Origin: an uncultured virus (IMG/VR IMGVR_UViG_3300017956_000004) | Taxonomy: Duplodnaviria; Heunggongvirae; Uroviricota; Caudoviricetes | Virus record (IMG/VR): IMGVR_UViG_3300017956_000004 | Length of the DNA stretch: 64,000 nucleotides | Direction: 5' to 3' (one strand) | Part shown: piece after piece, positions 58,901 through 64,000 of the stretch | Position numbering within the stretch: the stretch's first letter is position 1 | Layout of the letters: the number at the start of each line of letters is the position of its first letter | Position numbers and translations under genes: made by a program | The notes under the pieces: generated by a model | Database searches by the model: none | Seen by the model: the letters and a program-made list of their open reading frames with translations, nothing else | What the model was told of the DNA's origin: nothing

Positions 58901-60811
58901 GGCAGGGTATACATAGCACCAAATCAACCTGGTTTTAGATATGACCCTGAGAATTATGAAAGATCTGGCAATCACTATGTAAAAGACGCCACTCCTCAAG
59001 TATACATGCGTTCACCAACTTCTTTGGATCCTAACAGGATAGAGCTATATGCACCTAATGCAAACCAGCCATACCCTAAGTGGCCGCTGAAACTTTATTT
59101 TACAGGCACAAACGTACAGGAAAGAGGCATACTTCATGGCCATGGCGGCACCATACAAGCTGGTGCAGGTTGGTATATTGTAAGACAAAATGATCAACCA
59201 GCAGTAGACGAAACGGGGATCAGTAACAATCCTGAACACTGGTTTGAACCTCACACTTCCATGGTATATGCTGAGGAAGCCGGGGTACCGGTACCCAGTG
59301 AGCTAGTTTTTTATGCTTCAAACTGGCATAAGTTTAGTTTTAATGTAGTTGGATCTCCTAATGACGGCACCAATGATTATGCACGCTCACTGAGAGATAA
59401 TAACTATTACGCAGGTACTGCTAATAATCCAGCAGCAACAATACCTATTCTGAATCCCACAATAAGTGCAGATAAGCCTAATGGTAAATGGTTCCCAACT
59501 AAGTGGTTTACTATTTACAGCACTTCACAAGGGTCACCCAGCAGAACGAAAACACTATATATAAAAAGCAGACAGCCCAAGCCTCCAACTTGGAGAATTG
59601 CTTTTGATGCACCAGGAGATCAAACACCACCTGGAACAGTAAAGATAACATGGACTATACGAGATAAAGATACCTGGCAAGTGATACCAGACGCTGAGTT
59701 GCTGAAACATTATGACAAAGAAGATTTTATTGGAGATTTCGAAGTAAGAAGTAATCTAAACAGCACAGGTACCCAGGAAAGAAACTTGTTGTATATCGAC
59801 CTGCCGGGACAACCTAGAAAAGTTACTGGCAATTTTTTTAATAACAGATACGCTATTCTTAGATTTAGTGATGATGCAGCAACCATATCTGAAGATGGCA
59901 CTGGCGGTGTTTATGCATTCTACCCTGCAGGAACACTGGGCGGTAAAGGCTCAAAATTATTTAATATCAAGAAAGCATACGAAGACATAAAAATAACGCT
60001 GACTGATGCAAATAAGACACAGGGCGATCCAGACGGTTTGGTCCAAGGTGTAACGGCATTAACAACCGCAACAGTTACAGGTGGTAAATCAGATTCGAGA
60101 TGGACTTACAACTGGAGTCTTTCACCTGTTAGCGGTTCAGGACCATGTAGCATTTCTGCACTAGATGATCCAAGTACGGCACGAGTTTTTGCCGCCGAAT
60201 GTGGAGCAGGTAAGATCAATCTCACTGTTACAGATCAATACGGATTGTCAAAATCAGCCACAGCATCATTTGCACTATACACAGTTGGAAAATGTATGCA
60301 TATTGGTGGCCCTAATACCCCACTGAAAGCATACAACGGTGTGGGCGCCGCCACCTACTCCGGAAAGATAGAAGAAATCAGCGGGCCCGATGAAACAAAT
60401 ATTACAGCGTCAGGCGGTATAGGAGTATCAGGCGGTAGTGGTAATTATAAGGTATCCTGGACCACAACAAAATCAGGCGCCGGCACCAGATCTGGTACAA
60501 CTGCAAGTGGCAAGAACTTGTCATGCAGCATGAAATTGTTAAATGTTCTCTCATTTGGACAAGGCGAGTACAACGGCACTATTACTGGTACAGCCACAGT
60601 AACTGATACAGAGACTGGAGAAACAGCAACAGCCACATGTACGTTAAGTTTTAGCTGGGTGATCGGTGGTGCTACTCTTCCAGATACAGATCCAACTCCG
60701 GATGGTTGTCCACAAGGATATGTATATGACTTCATACAGAAAAAATGTGTGCCGGATCTTGATGGCGACCCTTGGGATCCTAAGGATATATATGATACGG
60801 ATCCGAAATAG
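55994..60811 (+). CDS. Large putative adhesin / receptor-binding protein
   Basis: N-terminal I.ASDI..EF...ISDYYG...LP.NGP.SFSDF.G motif; beta-rich Ig/Calx-like segments; directly follows the fibre gene. Confidence 0.55.
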   Translation: MAIEIPIRASDIRDEFSYFLTDNPNEAPIDVFQISDYYGMPIYYPNGRRRPDGTPILTPSGEIQLARVLPENGPLSFSDFLGSVGYFAAYPDPTITLALGNDTFNGWSNYTLINMDVVVNVDSRNSEIVPWRPDITRREIIVEWQELNTGNNTWSTSQTRTFTDVGQAADSFGLSTRAENTYYFRVKTTAISYALNDDLVPYGGELGALREVSRSEKISDTITVDYTPYQPADPIVTPSAEDAFWNDYRGDDGARVGTYSIAKYTFDNSFPVPPDPMLRWRGTQYNPNKLGLKVVFDPAYGRSPQETVVYDWEYYDPAIDTKYDDLTVGDVGWRSINDSEYPIVPYPDDVEYGTGGHHRIQWNSVTDTSLDQIKFRMKCTATQALYDPQETNITVNYTYDDYLINVDIMPLTPDYTLTGTSGVVNGGVFTEKFRAVNMPDDHHYYWRVIADPTSSGNPTSGDFVSDSGDFELPMEFTNPRNIGEKVFQITTRFDGDTATEKFILQMFTENPTSTSTPAVSKNLTIVYGPPAYKIFVQTRVPEVDYIGYIDGVKTWSTNEDTAFTVETIIDNLGDVGYQWRYTRTYAGNDGTGEADFSYIGNFNSIPTNTTYNRDATVTESTDTKIRAGDKFTMYARKDSPYGGVATNFEQFKIELLVGGVVRDQFNLRVYDFTTYEINEWGTSYGFSSQWTYTENIDGGSVTAAAPTKSITHSNTPHVSWHTYGEGTLYYRWVVYNPYWGNKAAFNDGYNWFWATSAFSGSSKDGWAPVGSRPNTTFGTNNSQNVITNQGYNNLVFSNWKSGWRSDLQNYIQNVTWGLQFLAIAANGYGKAVNTTSKVKANITENRVYVPTGIVSVTNGRRYKEGEDMNLIIGIRTSRMNQRKVKIMLDEGGPGSYRLVGWPQFGPQHPDYSHPVSEYTDPTTDKQELIITKDYMEVNMGSVFTQYNFREDTGYEMIGGLSTPDRTYIRGRVYIAPNQPGFRYDPENYERSGNHYVKDATPQVYMRSPTSLDPNRIELYAPNANQPYPKWPLKLYFTGTNVQERGILHGHGGTIQAGAGWYIVRQNDQPAVDETGISNNPEHWFEPHTSMVYAEEAGVPVPSELVFYASNWHKFSFNVVGSPNDGTNDYARSLRDNNYYAGTANNPAATIPILNPTISADKPNGKWFPTKWFTIYSTSQGSPSRTKTLYIKSRQPKPPTWRIAFDAPGDQTPPGTVKITWTIRDKDTWQVIPDAELLKHYDKEDFIGDFEVRSNLNSTGTQERNLLYIDLPGQPRKVTGNFFNNRYAILRFSDDAATISEDGTGGVYAFYPAGTLGGKGSKLFNIKKAYEDIKITLTDANKTQGDPDGLVQGVTALTTATVTGGKSDSRWTYNWSLSPVSGSGPCSISALDDPSTARVFAAECGAGKINLTVTDQYGLSKSATASFALYTVGKCMHIGGPNTPLKAYNGVGAATYSGKIEEISGPDETNITASGGIGVSGGSGNYKVSWTTTKSGAGTRSGTTASGKNLSCSMKLLNVLSFGQGEYNGTITGTATVTDTETGETATATCTLSFSWVIGGATLPDTDPTPDGCPQGYVYDFIQKKCVPDLDGDPWDPKDIYDTDPK

Positions 60812-60818
60812 TATCAGA

Positions 60819-60849
60819 TTAAAACTATTTTTAACGAAACAGATAAATA
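60819..60849 (+). promoter_or_regulatory. Palindromic box plus late promoter
   Basis: TTAAAACTATTTTTAA-N7-GATAAATA upstream of ATG 60880. Confidence 0.75.
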
Positions 60850-60879
60850 ATAACATATACGAGATTTGAGGAAACATAA

Positions 60880-63048
60880 ATGCCATATATAGTTAATAAC
60901 AGTGACGGTACCTTAACGGTAACAGTTGCGGATAGTGTTGTAGACACTAGCAGTTATTCCTTGGCCCTTATTGGTCGTAACGTTTCTAACTACGGTCAAT
61001 ATTTTGCACAGAATACTATTAGGCACTTGGAAAATTTTGCAAGTCCTAATCCGCCAACACCAGGTACTCGTTTAGAAGGTCAACTTTGGTACGATAAGGA
61101 CGAAAGTTTGCTACGTGTATGGGACGGTTCTGTTTGGAAACGTGCCACAAATATCATGGTTGGTACATCAAGACCAACATCAGATCTAACAGGTGGTGGC
61201 ACAGCATTTTTTGACACCAGCAAAAATAAGTTAGAAGTACATAATGGAACAGGCTGGAAAGATGCAGCTTATGCTGGTGAAGTAACCAGCAGATACTCAA
61301 GTGATACACTTGTAAACAGTCCAACATTTTATGGTACCAGAATCAGAAGCGTATTCCTCAAAGACTCTTCAGGTATTAGTTACCCAGTACTTGCATTAAA
61401 TTATGTAAAAAGCAGTAGCTCTAGCGGTGCATCAGTTAATTTAGGTAGCACAGTTATCGATGGTCAACGTGAAACCATGATGGCTATCTTCTCAGATTTC
61501 CAATTTACTATTGATACAGCTCAACCAGCAATTGTGGATGGTGTTACAGTCAATAACCTGGCTGATGAGCTTATCGCAGCTGGTGGTATTGCATACGCAA
61601 GAGACGGTAGAACAGAAGGTCAAATACTAAAAGGTTTGAACCAACGTGCAGAATTTGAAAGTACAAGTATTACAAGATTTTCTACTTTATATGCAGACAA
61701 CATTGGTTCAGCAAGTGATGAAGTAGGAAATATTTGGGTAGACGATTTTACAGTTAACGGTTCTATCACAGTTGGTGCAGGTGTTCCTGTACAACTTGGT
61801 GGTGACCTGAACGTAGACGATGATGTCACAGTGGGTGGCACACTGGCAGTAACAGATCAAATAACATGCGATAGTATTGTAGTATCTAGTTCGTCTACAT
61901 TTAATGGCACAACAACGTTAAATGACAATACCACTATTAATGGAAACCTTACAGTTAATGGTGTTAATACACAAAGTTTGGGTACAGACGCTCAAAAAAT
62001 TGAAAACATTTACGGTGCAGACGTTGATGCACAAAACATAGTAGTAGACGTATTGGCAACAATTAACAGTGCTAATATCACATCTAGTTTAATCAGTTCA
62101 GGAACAACCAACCTGGAGGGTGCATTAACCGCAAATGGCGCTATAATATTCAACAACACATTTTCTGCCAATAACCCAGTTACTATCAATACAACCCTGA
62201 ACACCACTGGTGTATTAACATCAGATGCAAACATTGTAATGGGTGCCGGCGCAAACATCATACTGAACGGTGGTGAAGTTGTAGGATTACAATCAGTATC
62301 ACAGTTTGATGTAACAGAAGAAACAAGTGGTAACAATAATAGACGATTAGTATTTGTTAATGGTGCTGGTGCAGCTTCAGGTAAAATTGATCCTGCATTA
62401 ACATATAATCCAGATAGTGGTAAATTAACAACAACAGAATTAGATGTAAACGGTGATTTAACGATTGGTGGTGCGTCAAGTAGTTTAACAATAACAAGTG
62501 GTGCTATTAGTGTTACAGGAACTATAGGTGCAACCGGAATAATCGAGGGTGGTACATTAACTGACGGTACTTTAAGTACTACTGCTGGTACCATTACAGG
62601 CGGTGTTGCTGCATCATTCAGTGGTACAGTAACAGCAAACCTATTTAGTGGTACAGCAACAGCGGCACAATACGCTGACTTGGCTGAGATATACGCAAGT
62701 GATGAACAATATGAACCAGGCACAGTTGTGAAACTGGGCGGTAGTGCAGAAATTACTCAGACTGACTCACATGCTGACACTGACGTGTTTGGTGTTATCT
62801 CAACAGATCCAGCATACTTAATGAATAAAGATGCAGACGGATTACCAGTTGCAATGACAGGTAGAGTACCAGTTAAAGTAATTGGTAAAGTTGCCAAAGG
62901 TGAGAGACTTGTTAGTTCAGATGTTCCTGGTGTTGCATGGGCATTAGGTAATGACGCATACGATCCTAGAGCAGTGATTGGCAGAAGTTTACAGAATAAA
63001 GATGACGGTGACCCTGGTATTATAGAAGCAGTAATAGGTGTCAAGTAG
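60880..63048 (+). CDS. Tail fibre/spike with a C-terminal peptidase G2-type intramolecular chaperone
   Basis: N-terminus paralogous to the 53975 gene (LIGRN..NYG, NFA...PP, GQLWYD); C-terminal YADLAE.Y, GTVV, VFGVIST.PAYLMN, VAMTGRVPVKV. Confidence 0.8.
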   Translation: MPYIVNNSDGTLTVTVADSVVDTSSYSLALIGRNVSNYGQYFAQNTIRHLENFASPNPPTPGTRLEGQLWYDKDESLLRVWDGSVWKRATNIMVGTSRPTSDLTGGGTAFFDTSKNKLEVHNGTGWKDAAYAGEVTSRYSSDTLVNSPTFYGTRIRSVFLKDSSGISYPVLALNYVKSSSSSGASVNLGSTVIDGQRETMMAIFSDFQFTIDTAQPAIVDGVTVNNLADELIAAGGIAYARDGRTEGQILKGLNQRAEFESTSITRFSTLYADNIGSASDEVGNIWVDDFTVNGSITVGAGVPVQLGGDLNVDDDVTVGGTLAVTDQITCDSIVVSSSSTFNGTTTLNDNTTINGNLTVNGVNTQSLGTDAQKIENIYGADVDAQNIVVDVLATINSANITSSLISSGTTNLEGALTANGAIIFNNTFSANNPVTINTTLNTTGVLTSDANIVMGAGANIILNGGEVVGLQSVSQFDVTEETSGNNNRRLVFVNGAGAASGKIDPALTYNPDSGKLTTTELDVNGDLTIGGASSSLTITSGAISVTGTIGATGIIEGGTLTDGTLSTTAGTITGGVAASFSGTVTANLFSGTATAAQYADLAEIYASDEQYEPGTVVKLGGSAEITQTDSHADTDVFGVISTDPAYLMNKDADGLPVAMTGRVPVKVIGKVAKGERLVSSDVPGVAWALGNDAYDPRAVIGRSLQNKDDGDPGIIEAVIGVK

Positions 63049-63055
63049 ATAAATA
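63048..63055 (+). promoter_or_regulatory. Late promoter GATAAATA
   Basis: Exact octamer 27 nt upstream of ATG 63083. Confidence 0.6.
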
Positions 63056-63082
63056 TTAAATATAAATTGTAGGGGATTTTAA

Positions 63083-64000
63083 ATGGCAAGTGGCTCAACA
63101 GTAACAGCAGACGGGTTAACCACAATGACACAAGTCGTTGCTGGTACAGACTTGGTGGATGCTGATGACTTCAATAATGCTAGAACTAATGTAGATAAAT
63201 TATTAGGTGCCGCTTATGATGTCACCTTAGGCACATATGATGCAACCTTCTCATATGGTTGGGGTCAAGGTGGTGCCGGCGTAAGTTCTGCAACAGTAGG
63301 CAACACTGTACAAGATACAGGTGCTGGTGGTTTTAAAGATTTACAGGATGACGTACAGGCAATGTGTGCATTCCTAGGCGTCACAGTTAGAAGTGGTGTT
63401 GAAACTGATGTAACCACGTCAGATACAATCACTGCAGCAACCTGGAATAACTTGATGTTAAATATTCAGGATTGCTGGAACGCACGATTTTCACCAAATG
63501 GTCGCACAGCGAGTACAGACGCTAGTACTGCTAGAACAACAGCATGGACTAATACATTAACACAAGAAACAACCTGGACATTCGCCAGTGAAGCAGATTG
63601 TAGAGCATTTTTTAACGGTGGTGGTGCAGTAGGTGTTAGTGCTAGCAGAAGTGGCGGTGGTACAAACACTCAGAATACCCAGTGGACAAATAAATTATCC
63701 AATTTGGGTGATGTTTGGTTATACCACAATAACACAGTAAGTGGTGCAGGTACTCCAGACGGTATTGGTTTTTACGAACTAACAACTTCATATCAGCAGT
63801 TGGTTATTTACTACGGTGGTGCAGCTCCATATTCAAATGACTATGCTCAAGTATCAGCAAAAGTAAACAGTACAACTAACCCAACTGTGGTAACAATTAA
63901 AATGACATTGCTTGACGATGGCGATAACGTTATCGACGCAAGTCCAGACGGTACATTAACTATTAACGCAAGACGTAACCAACCAGACGCAAGTGGTTCA
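63083..64000 (+). CDS. Virion structural protein, truncated by the window end
   Basis: Open frame MASGSTVTADG...ADDFNNAR...YGWGQ...RAFFNGGG continuing to the window edge; AGGGG RBS. Confidence 0.75.
   Translation, partial: MASGSTVTADGLTTMTQVVAGTDLVDADDFNNARTNVDKLLGAAYDVTLGTYDATFSYGWGQGGAGVSSATVGNTVQDTGAGGFKDLQDDVQAMCAFLGVTVRSGVETDVTTSDTITAATWNNLMLNIQDCWNARFSPNGRTASTDASTARTTAWTNTLTQETTWTFASEADCRAFFNGGGAVGVSASRSGGGTNTQNTQWTNKLSNLGDVWLYHNNTVSGAGTPDGIGFYELTTSYQQLVIYYGGAAPYSNDYAQVSAKVNSTTNPTVVTIKMTLLDDGDNVIDASPDGTLTINARRNQPDASGS

Noticed and set aside
53975..64000. Diversity-generating retroelement or invertible cassette acting on the fibre genes
   Set aside because: No reverse transcriptase, recombinase or near-identical TR/VR repeat pair was seen in this window
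1..64000. Stop-codon reassignment
   Set aside because: Very long ORFs are intact under the standard code, and TAG ends genes at sensible positions (2435, 12413, 60811, 63048)

Overview
This window is part of a large T4-like (myovirus, probably jumbo) phage genome. It holds the head module (portal, core proteins, protease, scaffold, major capsid), a tape-measure protein and a gp26/gp51-like tail chaperone. An embedded block encodes a phosphomannomutase-like HAD enzyme, a GIY-YIG nuclease, gp46, gp47 and a gp55-like late sigma factor. A very large baseplate and tail-fibre module follows, including 5538-aa and 3022-aa ORFs. Main observations: (1) a ~520-nt non-coding, helix-rich and apparently pseudoknotted element directly downstream of a catalytic-domain-only GIY-YIG gene, a candidate large ncRNA/nuclease system; (2) a probable -1 ribosomal frameshift joining gp26-like and gp51-like frames; (3) a GATAAATA late-promoter variant, preceded at five tail genes by a palindromic TTAAAACTAGTTTTAA-type box at a fixed 7-nt spacing; (4) a degenerate lysozyme domain in gp5; (5) a giant wedge protein apparently split into two genes, with YHYH and PA14-like modules added. 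All calls come from reading motifs by eye; no searches or folding programs were run.
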